Shown piece by piece: positions 1-12,600 of a DNA stretch of 49,623 nt (position 1 is its first letter; each line of letters begins with the position of its first letter). The notes under the pieces were generated by a model that did no database searches, was not told the origin of the DNA, and worked only from the letters and a program-made list of their open reading frames with translations. This stretch comes from Paramecium tetraurelia (taxonomy: Eukaryota): the NCBI GenBank assembly GCA_000165425.1, contig CT868341.1:434001-483623 (forward strand), read 5' to 3'. The position numbers and the translations under genes were made by a program.

Positions 1-2799
1 GTCAGCTATTACCTCATGGTCGAAATCTCTCTGTCACTTGATTCCAACTTCATTCTGAGCATTTCATACTCTCTCTTCAAACTCTCAGATTCCATCTTAA
101 TATTATTAGCACTAGAAATCTGCTATTTTAACAATTGTCTTTCCCTATCAAATTCTTCAATCTTATACAACAATTATGATTTCTCTTGTTCAATTAATAT
201 TAACTGTTATTTAAGTTATTACAAAGAGATCAATTGCTGTCTCAAATTTTCAATTTCATTACGTAATGATAAATTGTCCCTTTCCTATTCCTAGAATTTG
301 TATACAAGTGAATCATACTCCTTTTTAATTTATTCAAATTGAACTCTTTGTTATTACAATATTGTTAATTATTATCTGGCACCATCTCTTTCTTTTTCAG
401 TACTCTCAAGTTTATACTTGTAATTTGATATCTCCCTTTCAAGTTCGCTTATTCTGAATTTGAATTTCTCATACTCTTAAATACTTTGTCTCAATTGAAT
501 CCTCTCTCTATCTGCATCAGCAAATTTAATCTACCATGTTTCTAATTCCTATTTCAACATTTCTGACTCTTATTCTATTTCCTAATAATCGTTGATTGTG
601 GATCTCAAAAAACTGATCTCACTTTCATATGTCTTACATTTGATAATCCATGTCTAAATCTCTGATTTTAATGCTTCTACTTCACTATTGATTTGAATGT
701 TAATCTACTTTTTAGATTATATATATTAGTTGTTGATTTCATCGTATTTATATCTCAATAATTCGTAATCTTTTCTTAAACTTTCATACTCTTAACCTAA
801 ATTATTATATTTAAATTAGAGATCCTAAAATTGTGTTTTGTACATTGTTAATTCTGCCAATTGCTTCTCTAATTAGATTATACGATATTCAAAATCTTTC
901 TTCTCCTTTTCGATTATAATCAATGAATCTCTTTGTTTACTAAACTAATCCAAACTAATTTATAAATCCTAAATGAGATTATCCTTTTTGTTTAATTCCA
1001 TTTCTAAGTATTAAATCTAATCCAACAGTTCCTTTATCTTGACTCTTAATTAATTGCTTTCATTCAAAGCATATTATTATTTCTCATTTAATGCTTGATG
1101 GGCTTGCAAATCATTCTAAGCTTGATTCAACATAACTATTTATTATTGAAGTTTTCCCTCTAATTATTTATTTCTATTCTTCCACTCATTCAATTCATCA
1201 ATCAATTATTGATTTTATTATCTTAATTTTTCAATTTCATAATTCGATTATTAACTATGTTTATTCTCAATTATTATTAATTGCTACTTATACCTATCTA
1301 AATCTTGTTTACTCTTCATATCCTATTACTTATAATATTCCAATTCTTGAAATAATGCATCTAATTCTTGTCTCAACTCATCCGCCTCTGATAATTACTT
1401 TTATGAATTCTTAAATGTAATCTACAAAGCACTGTAATTCTCATTCATCTAATGTAATTGCTGTCTTAATCTCTACGTATCAGCCAATTAATCTTATAAT
1501 TCCCTAATTTATCTCTCCAAATTCATAATCTTTTACTTTTCATTGTCCTAACTGACATTCAATTATCCATTCAATTAATCAATCTGATATTTCTTCTATT
1601 CGTATTGACTCAATAAGTTATTGTATTTGCTCGTCAAATCATACAATTGTCTTTGTAATTATTCAACTTACAATTACAACTCATCAATTTTTCTCACATA
1701 TTAATCATTTCTCATTTTGTCCTTTTCAGACTATTGCAATTGCATTTGAAGATCCCTCAATTTATTCTAAAGTTAACCATTTGCCTATTCCATTTCTACT
1801 ATGAATTACTAATTCTTATTCGCCTCATCTTCCAATAATTGTCTTTTCCTTGTAACTTATAATTCATTCTAAGCCAACTGCTATTTCAATAACTATATCT
1901 CATGAAGCAACGCCTCTCTTTCATCCATCCACTTTTATTAATCTCTCTGCAATTAATCCTTAATTTAGATATTTATTGTGTTTCTTTGTTCCGAAATCAT
2001 CCTATCCTAATCCTATCTCACATCATCCAATTATTTTTAATATTGCTTTTGCATCATATGCAATTGTTAATTCAATTGAGCTATTTGATCCTTCAATAGT
2101 TGATTTTCTGTATTTGTTCCTTGGGCTGCTCTAGTTATCTGGAGTTGATAGCTTTCCTCCTTTGACATCAAGTCCCTGATCTACATCTCTAATTATCGAA
2201 TTCTGGCTAGATTGGCTTAATTCTCCTGTTAATAACGGTTTGATTCATCCTAGACATATCTGGATTTATCATTAATCGATTTTAATCTATAAATTTCTTA
2301 TTGCAAACTCCTTAGATCATTATTCAGCGAATCAATTGTAGATTTCATTCTTTGATTGTCCTGCAAAAGAGATTGTTCCTATGATAACCCTCTTTGCTTG
2401 ATATCATTCAAAGCCTAAAGCAACTATTCATTGTCTCTCTTGGATTTGTCTAAATCAAAATTCAATCTGTCTATAACTTGTTTTTATCTCTAAATTTCTT
2501 CCTCATATTCCTTTATCTATTAATTCATTTGATCTAATGTTTTTTTCATCTATTGATTGTCTCTAAGCAACTATTAGAATTCAGGGACTACAACGATATA
2601 ATTGCTAATCTGGTACCTTTCGAGTTGGCAAATTATTAAAGCTTTGCGATTTCACCTTTCAAAATTTCATTTTCTCTTTCAATTTAATTACAATCATGAA
2701 CAGATGGCTATTGTTGTTCCTTCTTGTTCTTACAATATGAGCATGGACATGAAAATTAACTTAATTTAATTATGATTATGTGTACTGCTGCTGCTACAT
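1..2799 (-). CDS. Long coiled-coil protein, 3' end beyond the window
   Basis: Code-6 frame from ATG 2799 (MQQQQYTQSQLNQVNF..) with 26-nt and 29-nt GT..TAG introns near the start, then continuous E/Q/K/L-rich heptads (ERENEILKGEIAKLQQ..VPEFQQLLRDNQQMKKTLDQMNQQIKEYEEEIQRQK) toward the left edge. Further introns not mapped. Confidence 0.85.
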
Positions 2800-3343
2800 C
2801 TATGGTGTTTTGGTAATTCCAAAATTAATAATATTTATTAAGAATCGAATTAAAAACTCACGCAAAGGATATTTCAATTCTTAAGTGGATTAATTAGAGA
2901 AATCTAATAGGTTGATATAAAACATCAATCTATTATAATTCATATCGAAGATAAGTCTACCATGTTTTATTTGAATATTATTAATAATTAGCCAAAAAAG
3001 TAAAAAAAAGATAGGATATCTTCTCAAAAATATTTATTTTACTTGATGACTATGGCAACAATACTTAGTTGTATTAAGAAGATGTCCATCAACTAACATC
3101 CAGAAAGTTTACAAATTTTAAAGACCATTAGAATACTAGATGGTGATAACAATCTTCTAAGAATTGTTGTTTAAACTCTATTCCTAATTTACTTATTTTA
3201 TCTAATTATTGATATATGTATCAGAATCTACATAATTAGCTCATTTGATCTGATTCTTGTAAGGTATTGTCTCTTAATACCTTTTATTAATTTAAAAATG
3301 AATATTATTAATACTAAAATCATTTTTATATTATTTTTATCAA

Positions 3344-3910
3344 ATGCTAAACAACAACTACTAAAGTAAAATATTCTTATAACCAAAACCAAATGATTTT
3401 AGCATTTTTGATGATTTTGTGTAAAAAGCGAGAAAAATTTGTCGAACTCCACAAAAATCAGTTTCCAAATATAAGGAGAGTTCACTTAGTATCTCAAAGT
3501 AAATCAAAACTGAGATGAATTGCGATACCTTTGAAACAATACGAAAATATGAATAAAACCCTTAAGTTAAAATGGACTCTTATTTGGATTAACAAATACA
3601 CACTTCTCCTTTTCGATTTTAATTACCATTACGATTAGAAAAAACTTAACATTTCACTTCTGAAAAAAAAAGAATACCTGCCTGTCTAACTTCAAGAAAA
3701 CTTAAATCTAACTTAGATGGGTAAATCCATAAATCCATTCAACTCTCCCAATTTAGATCTATTTAATAATAAAAATCAGAAACTCCTAATCCTAATTAGT
3801 AACAGTAGACTAAATTTCTAATAACAAGGTATTTTTTATCCAAACCTCTGGTGTGCATAAAATAAAATAGAAAGAAAAAAGAAATACCAATTTAAATAGA
3901 ACTATAGTGA
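3344..3910 (+). CDS. Hypothetical basic protein, 188 aa
   Basis: Uninterrupted code-6 ORF from ATG 3344 to TGA 3908-3910 (MLNNNYQSKIFLQPKPNDFSIFDDFVQKARKICRTP..EIPIQIELQ*). No recognisable domain. Confidence 0.55.
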
Positions 3911-4938
3911 AATTTTTGTTTATTTTAAGAAATTACAATTTTTATTATTATATGAACTCACACTTTGTGAGTCATTATAAGTTTCAATCAGAAAGTTTCA
4001 TTTATATTCAATGAATTATATATTATTAAATTTATTGTTATCGATTTATTTCTAGCCTTGGATTTTATAAAACAGATATTTATTACTATAATATGGTTAT
4101 TTTTTAAAATAAATCGATTTGATTGAAAAATGGAAGAATTACAATAATAAATATAGTAATAAGGATAGAAATATTATTTTTTGGTCAAAAAGTGGATGTT
4201 TAATTATATGATGAGGTATTTTGAAATAATAATCTTAAACTTTAACTTTAAATTATATTTTGACTTGATTTTAACACAAAAACAGATTATAATATTTAAA
4301 TTTAGATATATATAAATTGATAAAATATAGTTTAGTATTTTTGTATATATTTACTAAAGTAAGATTTCCTAATTTACTAAATCTAGGTATTTTATAATTT
4401 TATTTAGATGTACTTTATTTATCATCAATTAATAGTTTTTGAATAATTAAAATTATTAATTACCAATAATATAAAAATTGAACTACATCATTAAATTTGA
4501 TATATTAAACTGAAATTTTAATAAACATGACATACATATAAAATTGGTTTAATATCATAAATACTCCTGAATGCCTTTTTATAATAAAAGAATAGCAATT
4601 TAGTACTCATAAATTGAAATATTAAATAGCATTAATTCTAAATATAAATTTGCTTTGTAATTAAAATATACTAGACCTACTTATTATAAATATAAAATTT
4701 AGTAATTTAATAATGCACTCCTAATAAGTTGACATGATGGGGAGAAAAATAACATCTAAATTCTAAAGAAAATTGGAAGTATAAATTCTGAAAATGCTAT
4801 TTTTGTAATATAAGGAAGGACATAACACTCTTATAGCTAATTTCGAGTTTATTATCAAAATTATGAGATGTCAATATAATCAATAAAAATATTTTAATAA
4901 GTTTAGCAAAATATTTTTCAGTTATTAATTTGAAATCA

Positions 4939-6293
4939 ATGTATTCGAAATAAAAGAATCAAAAGGGAAAGCCAGAGTGGGTTTCATCATTCGCAGATTA
5001 GGATCGTTACAAGTTATCGTAGGCTGAATTGATGTAAAAGAAAATTAGTTTAATGTCAAAACATCGCATGGAGGCTAAAGATTAATGGCAATAAGTATAA
5101 GAAAAATTAAAACACAATGTTATGGATGATGACACATAAAAGGTTGTTATTCGTGATTTACAATAGATTTATTTGACTGCATTGCATTCTAAAGGCTTGA
5201 ATAATTCAACTTCAAAAAGAAGAAATTTAACATAAATGATTGAATGGGAGAAATCTGAAAGAGCCCATTCATAAAGTTAATTTAAACCAGACATTCTTGA
5301 ATAAGCTAAACTGTTGCTATAGGAAAGCGAAAGAGGACAACAAAACCAGGATCCTAATTTTCTCCATAAAATAAAGTAGGACTTAGAGGATACAAAATCA
5401 TTTGTTGCAAAGGTAGCATATACATTCATTATTGCAAGGCTTAGAGATTAAAGAAACCAGAAAAAATATTGAAGGCGCAATAAGAGAAATCGTTTGATAA
5501 AAGTAAATAAGAAATAAAAAAGTCAACAACCAAATAAAACCAAATGAATGAAGATAAGTAATAGTAAAGCTAAGAAAATTATGGGTTTAATGGTATGAAA
5601 AACCTAGACAATGTTATTTCATTTCTTGAAAATACATTACATTCTTAGGAAGTCTAAATTTCATAATTGAAAGAGGAGAACCCATTTCGTAATGCAGCTT
5701 TGACTGATACAAAGACAATCTATTCAGAAATTCCTAATTTTTCTGTTAATAACACTCAAAACAAATTTTACCCGAAGGAGGAGAATTGCTTTGCGTAATA
5801 AACTATTGAGAATTTCAATTAAGATACAAAACAACAATAAAATCTGCAATTTCAAAATAAGGAGAATGATTTTATAAATTCTAGAATTTAAAAGGAGGAG
5901 TTTAGTAATTTAAATCAATCTGAGATTCCTAAAAACGATATTCCTAAATATGAGCAATTCAAAAAGGATATCATGAAAATAGAAGAGCAACATCCAAATC
6001 AATTTGTATAACAGCGATTGAATTTTGATAAGGTTTGCTTCACGACAAAGAATGAAATATCTTTTGATGATAACATAGATTAGTTGAGATAGTTACTTGA
6101 ATAAACAAGACAAGAATTAAATTAAATGAATTTGTAAGACTCTAGCATTTTGGATTGTAACAGCAGTCAAAGAGACATAAACATACAGTTAAATTAGGTA
6201 GAGCCCTTACAATAGAAACATATAAATTACTAATAGCTTCATAGAAAGTATAAGAATTGTGACACTTTTGACATTAATGATCATTTAATGTGA
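4939..6293 (+). CDS. Hypothetical coiled-coil/disordered protein with an SPICE1-like N-terminal motif
   Basis: ATG 4939 gives MYSKQKNQKGKPEWVSSFADQDRYKLSQAELMQKKISLMSKHR. Two short introns (about 5144-5167 and 5413-5438) restore the frame; TGA 6291-6293. Confidence 0.75.
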
Positions 6294-6375
6294 TAAAATT
6301 AATTTATAATTTATAATTGTTTATTTCATAAATAAAAATTTATATAAAACAAAAATAAAAATTATTAATAATTTA

Positions 6376-7227
6376 ATGTCTGAGAATATTTAAAATAGAG
6401 TATCATCAATCTTTGAAAAGCTCAACAACATCTCTACTAGTGTTTAGGATGAGTAAGTTACAAATAATACCTAATAGAAAAAATAATCGTTTTCATACTA
6501 TAAGTCAATTGATAATGGCTTTTGAGGCTTAATTGTAACATCAATCTGATTAGAAAGAGGAGAAATTTGCTTATATTGCCTAAAAAGTTAGACAAATTAC
6601 TGAATTCTTAGAATAAGAATAAGAAGAGTAAAAGTTGCATTTATATTTCTGTAGTCGTGAGAGATAAGAAAGTGAAACATTTAAATTGATAACTGATTTA
6701 GAAAGACATGCAAGAAGATTGATAGAGCAGAATTCAAAAGATAGAGTAGAATAAGAAAAAAAAATAGTTTATTCAATTGGCCAATAAATTGAGAATTTAT
6801 AATAGGATGTCATCAAAGAGGGTCTGGTAATGATAATGTAGTTAATAAGTAGGCTTAACAAACATCTCATGAATACATTGATTCTTATTTAAATGAAGAT
6901 TTGCCAAAAATAGCTGATGAATTATAAAATGAAATTACAGAAAGAAAAGACGTTGAAGAAAAGATATACCATTAATTTGTCGAATAACTCAATGATCTAA
7001 GGGAATTATTTGAAAGGTTTATATTTGTTTAATAATTTAGAGAAAAAAAAGAAAGAGAAACAAAAGAAGAGGAAATTGTAGAAAGTCTGAGGGAAATTTC
7101 AGGAAGAATTTAAGAATAATTAAGAAAAACAAGGGGAGAAAGAGAAAAAACTGAAGAAACACTAGTCTAATTGGTTGAGAAAGTCATTGAAAAGTTAAAG
7201 AGAGAGATGCTAGAAATGAACTTATGA
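6376..7227 (+). CDS. SF-assemblin / beta-giardin family protein (striated rootlet / kinetodesmal fibre)
   Basis: Four tiny introns. Segmented coiled coil with ExxER motifs and the family-type C-terminus RGEREKTEETLVQLVEKVIEKLKREML*. Confidence 0.85.
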
Positions 7228-8778
7228 TAAATATACATAAATAATTATGATTAAATTTAAAGATCTCTTTTTGCAATCAAAGGAAATTGTAAATTTCATC
7301 TTAAGAAATATTTTGCAAAATGGTTAAGAGGGAAATTTAATAAGAATTTCATTTTTGGAGGAGTATTAAATAATTTAATAATAAATAACACAAGAGAGTT
7401 TTTAATATAATTTGAGATGGAACTTCAATGATTTTAATGCTATTGAAGCAATAAATTAAATAGATTTTCTAAAAAATATTAAGTTATTAGAATTGAGAAA
7501 CTAAATTCTTGAAATATAGCAGTGAAAGCTTGAATTAATATATAAAAATGATGTTTTTGATTGTAAAATATTCGGATAGATGAGATGTTATTAATTTAAT
7601 TTAGATAATCTTAGGATTAACATTACTTTTAAGTAGAATTAAGAATTAACCCAGATTGTATCTTCTTATACAACCAAATTAATAGGATTGTTCTTGTTTA
7701 TCATAGCTGTTTCAAATCTATTGTTACTTTATTAAAATAGTAGTGGGCTAGATTGGAGACTCTAAATATTAAAACCATTAAAATTTGTGCGATTATAGTG
7801 CAATTCTTGAAGATACTTTGATGTGCAATTATAATTTTCAAATCAAATAATTATAAATCTATTATAAAACTAACGAATTAAAGCAAGGAGAACTTTATAA
7901 ATTTAAAACGCCTCACTAATAAAATTTTTATAAATAATTATATTAAATAATGTATCTAATAATAAAATACATAGATATATCCAGAATTAAACCAAAACTC
8001 TTATTAGTTTTCATAATCTTATTATCTACCCATGATTTTTCAATTCATATTAAATTTTATATTATGTAGTCTAAATCAATATATAATTCTTTAAGATATT
8101 TTGTAAAACGCATTAGACTTTATTTATATTCCTAATGGTTTTATATCTAAATCATCATTTGATCATAATTTGCCTTTTGTAAAGTTTAACTGATATATGT
8201 ATATTATTATGAGTAAAATATAGTATCCTTTATCTATTTTTGTGATGCAAAATCTAATATTAAGTAAAGTCTAACTGGTTCAATTGATAGCTTGTTACTT
8301 GTAGAGATACATAACAAGTAAGAATATGTAATAGAAAATCCAAAAAACTTAATATCTTCCTTTTGAAAAGTATATTATTAGTTTGCAAAACAGAAAACAG
8401 CTTATTCTAAATTTAAACAATATAAGGATTATATACTATCAAAGATCAAGCTAAAATCTTTCAATATTATTCATCATTACAATTTTCAAAGTACCTCTAT
8501 GAGTTCCTTTGCAAATTAGAATTATTATTAATAGCAATATTTTTAAAGAATAAGCTTACGATTATAAAGGAAAACATCCTATTTTTAAATACCATAAAAG
8601 TAATAGATAATTTATTAGTATATAGTAATTAAGCTTGCAAGAACTCTCTTAGATGAACTTCATACTTCACAATATGAGCGGCATGATTCATTCTTTGGAG
8701 AGTTAAGAGGAATATTTATTTATTTATAATTATAGGCTTAGAATTGTAGCAATATATTTAAACATATGGCGTCAAAAA

Positions 8779-9289
8779 TCACGGATAGTCATTTTCATCA
8801 TCTTATAAGTAATTAGTTTTTAATAGTTCTTTGAACTCTCCAAACTCTATTACTCCTGATCCATCGGTATCAACTTCTTTAATCAATCCTTCAATATCGA
8901 TCGTTAATTCAAATTCATTCTTTATTATTCGAATTAACTTTTCTGCATCAACATTTCCTGTGGTGTCTTCATTTCCTCCCATTGCTACAAATGCATCAAT
9001 CATATCTTAATCATCATCTTATAACCCAGCATATTTAAGTTTGGCAAAGAGACTCAAAAACTCTTTAAATTTGATGCGTCCACGATTGCCATCATCAATC
9101 TCACTTATCAATTTGTGGACTTTATGAGGTTTCTACTTCAAACCTACCATTTCAAGGGCAATCTCCAAATCATCGACCATGATTTCTCCTTCTCCTCTCT
9201 ATTATAATTTATAAAACTGAGAATGTTACATCATCTAAATCATTAAACGCTCTTTGGCATTATTCAATATCTTCTTCAGATAAATTCAT
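8779..9289 (-). CDS. Calmodulin-like EF-hand protein, outer-arm dynein 18-kDa light chain (LC4) type
   Basis: MNLSEEDIEQCQRAFNDLDD|intron|RGEGEI.. The segment DAFVAMGGNEDTTGNVDAEKL..EFELTIDI resembles the LC4 signature, followed by a canonical EF loop DTDGSGVIEFGE. TGA 8779-8781. Confidence 0.85.
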
Positions 9290-10817
9290 TATATATTATT
9301 TAATATTTTTATATTTTTTGGATTCAATTCAATTTATACATTGAAATGCAGTAAAGAAGAAAACTATTAATTTAATTAATAGGAAGCACTAAGGTTAATA
9401 TAATCATAGTTATTCACAATATTTTTCAAAAGTTGTGTTTATGATATTGAAATAATTTACATAAAACCCTCACTTATTTTCAAATAAATAAAATTTAAAG
9501 ATTATTATTTTCAAAGATTTCTTGAATTTACATACAATAATTAAATAATAAGTGAGTATTAAATCATATAAATTTCATTTTTCATTATGAATGATCACTA
9601 TAAGAAAGATGTACTTTAAATCTTTGAAGATAACATTGGTAACTTAACCTCGCTTTAAAATATTTAAAACTTTAATAATATATTTCTTGCCTTAATATCA
9701 AATCCTTCTCTTTCGTTTTAATGAACATATGGATCATCCATTTTTAATATTCTTTAAACTTGTTAAAGTTCTGTTTTTTTGAGAAACCAGAGGTCTTGCT
9801 TAATTCAATTTTTCAGATCATTTTTGATATGATTTACATTTTTTTATGCTTCTTATTTTTATTGCTGTAATAAATATTGTACTCAAATATATAATCTTCT
9901 ATGATTAAAGGTTTAATATTTATATTAAACCAATTTATGCTTATCAATTTGCTTTGAAATACTCTATCAATTCAAATTCATCTTTTATATTTCAATTTGC
10001 CTTTTAGGTAATTTAATCAAATACGTTGCCTTATATATCTACTTCTATAATTTTTGGTAAGAGATGAATATCTTTAACTACAAGAATTTTCTCAAACTGA
10101 GTTTGGATTTGAAGGAGATTATTATTAAGTAATAATTCCTAAGACTGCCTTCATTTTAAAAAGAATATACTTATACCTGAAAAAATCAATATTAGAGAAT
10201 CAGCTAATATATAGAATTTACATAATATAGAGGAAGCACATTGAGATAATTAACTTTTAAAAATTATTAATTGTATCTTTATATATTAAAGCTATTGCCA
10301 TTATATCCAGTGTCCCTAAATTCTTTTGCCTAACTAATTGTAAGTTATGCAGCTATTTTAATTGATTATTTTATGATCAAGATATTATCATCACTATTTA
10401 GATATTATACTTGTTATCTAATTTAAAACTAAAATAATATGTATGTTATCTTCATATTTTTTTATGAACTGGCATTCCTGTTAATAGATAAACATTCTTA
10501 ATTCAGATTAGTCTCTAAATACTAAAGAAATCATATTTATGAATAATTTTTTTGCATGTTCACATTAAATCAATCATCCTGATGGAGCGTTGTGTTTAAC
10601 TTCAATCAATTTTAGTTCTTATTGTACAATTTATCATCATTTCTAATTATGTTAAGTAATTTTTAATATTCTTTACCTCAAATTATAAATGAGGATTATT
10701 ATGGAGGTAATCCATAAAATTGATTTTTTTTATTTTTTTTTTTTTTATGAGAATATTATGATACATAAGTCATAATTGGATGTTGAATAATCAATTAATA
10801 AAATTTAATACTAAAAC

Positions 10818-11299
10818 TCATTTTAAGCCAATGAAGTCTTTATAGTTTTCTAACTTTTATACAAATTTTTGTTATTGAATAGAAAAATGTCGAGCTTAAA
10901 TTGATAATTTAAGACTCCTTTATTTATCTTATTATAATTGTTATTTGAGATACAAAACAGGATTGCGATCGAAAAAGGTTTCTTCTTATAACTTATACTT
11001 TTGGGCCTTTCTATTGGGCCTCTATAGATTATACTGAGTTGAATCAATGATTTGTTTACAAAGGTAATTATGGAGTTTGATATTCATTCTGAAAAGTATT
11101 GATAATCATACTTTAATGACTTTTCTTCTTGCAACTTCTTATTTTCTTCTGTCGAAGCCCTTTTTATAATGTTGCTAAATCTCATGCGATATTTGGTGGT
11201 AAAGTTGGATATTTCCAAATTGAAGCTAGCATTTTAATCCTTGAGTTATTCACATTCGGTAATGATATTTTTAAGGTTTGACTTAAATTTTTATTACAT
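10818..11299 (-). CDS. Hypothetical basic protein, about 152 aa
   Basis: ATG 11299 gives MQQKFKSNLKNIITECEQLK.., with one 23-nt GTA..CAG intron, ending ..ENYKDFIGLK* at TGA 10818-10820. The start could instead be the internal ATG at 11185. Confidence 0.65.
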
Positions 11300-11325
11300 A
11301 AAATAAGTAAAATCTTTAATTATTA

Positions 11326-12337
11326 ATGGATATCGATCGACACATATCATCACTTCTTACAGGCGGATGTCTCCCAGAAAGAGATCTCAAACTGGTGTGC
11401 GAACGAGCCAAGGAGATCTTCCTTGAAGAATCAAATGTTTAGCCTGTCAGAGCACCAGTCAATGTGTGTGGTGACATTCATGGTATAAAGAATACATTAA
11501 CATATGCAAGGCTAGTTTTACGACTTACAAGCTTTGATTAAAGAAGGTGGTGATATTCCTGAACATAACTACATCTTCATTGGAGACTTCGTCGACAGAG
11601 GATACAATAGTGTTGAAACTATGGAGTATCTACTATGTTTAAAAGGTAATTGCAAGTAGTATTGATGAATAGTCAAGTATCCAGGAAACATCGTGTTATT
11701 AAGAGGAAATCACGAATCAAGACAATGCACTTAGGTTTATGGATTCTACGAAGAAATCTTGAGGAAGTATGGAAATAGCAGTCCTTGGAGATTATTTATG
11801 GATGTTTTCGATTGTTTACCCTTGGCTGCATTAATAGAAGGCTAAATATTGTGTGTTCATGGAGGTTTGTCTCCAGATATGAGAACAGTAGATCAAATAA
11901 GAACAATAGATAGAAAAGTAAAACATCATTTGAATTTTAGGTTGAAATCCCACATGAAGGTCCATTCTGTGACTTGATGTGGTCAGATCCAGAAGAAGTC
12001 GAATACTGGGCTGTGAATTCAAGAGGAGCAGGATATTTATTTGGAGCTTAAGTAACAAAGGAGTTTTGCAGATTGAATGACCTGAGTTTAATTTGTAGAG
12101 CTCATTAATTGGTGATGGAAGGATACAAATATTGGTTCCCTGTAATCATATCAATTAATTTAGGATTAAAATTTGGTTACAGTGTGGTCAGCCCCAAATT
12201 ATTGTTATAGATGTGGAAACATTGCTTCCATTCTTTGTTTGGACAATTAATTGTAATCTAATTGGAAGACATTCAGAGAGGTACCAGAAAGTGGAAAAAG
12301 CATTAATCCAAAGAATGTTCTTCCTTATTTCTTATGA
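11326..12337 (+). CDS. PPP6C: Serine/threonine protein phosphatase 6 catalytic subunit (PP2A-like PPP family; Sit4/PPP6C type)
   Basis: [55 protein letters not shown] and C-terminal PYFL*; four tiny introns. GNIASI and PYFL favour PP6 over PP4/PP2A. Confidence 0.93.
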
Positions 12338-12600
12338 AATATTGTATTTATATAAATGCATAAATAATTTTGAGTCAACATTTATATTTAACTTGTATAC
12401 CAATATTAAAGAAGAGTCATTTAAGTGAATGAGACTTTACTAATGAAATTAATAGATTAGAAAAATACTTAAATGAAATATACTCACATTGATCTATATT
12501 AATATCAGTAGTGAATTTAAAAAAACTATTTAAATGTTAAAATTCTTTATCACACACATATGAGAATTATGATTGTTTTTAATTAATATATATTATATAC

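Noticed and set aside
16..2099. Plus-strand ORF-track ORFs 16..294 and 1902..2099, and similar Leu/Ile/Phe-rich ORFs elsewhere (17344, 17874, 22837, 24100, 31386, 33935, 40547, 41277, 43127-44695, 48534)
   Set aside because: They are antisense or off-frame shadows of real code-6 genes.
3952..3975. Short hairpin ACTCACA-CTT-TGTGAGT downstream of the 3344-3910 ORF
   Set aside because: A 7-10 bp stem is expected by chance, and bacterial-type terminators are not relevant here.
4713..5027. Alternative open frame starting at ATG 4713
   Set aside because: It overlaps the better supported gene starting at 4939 in another frame and has intergenic-like composition.
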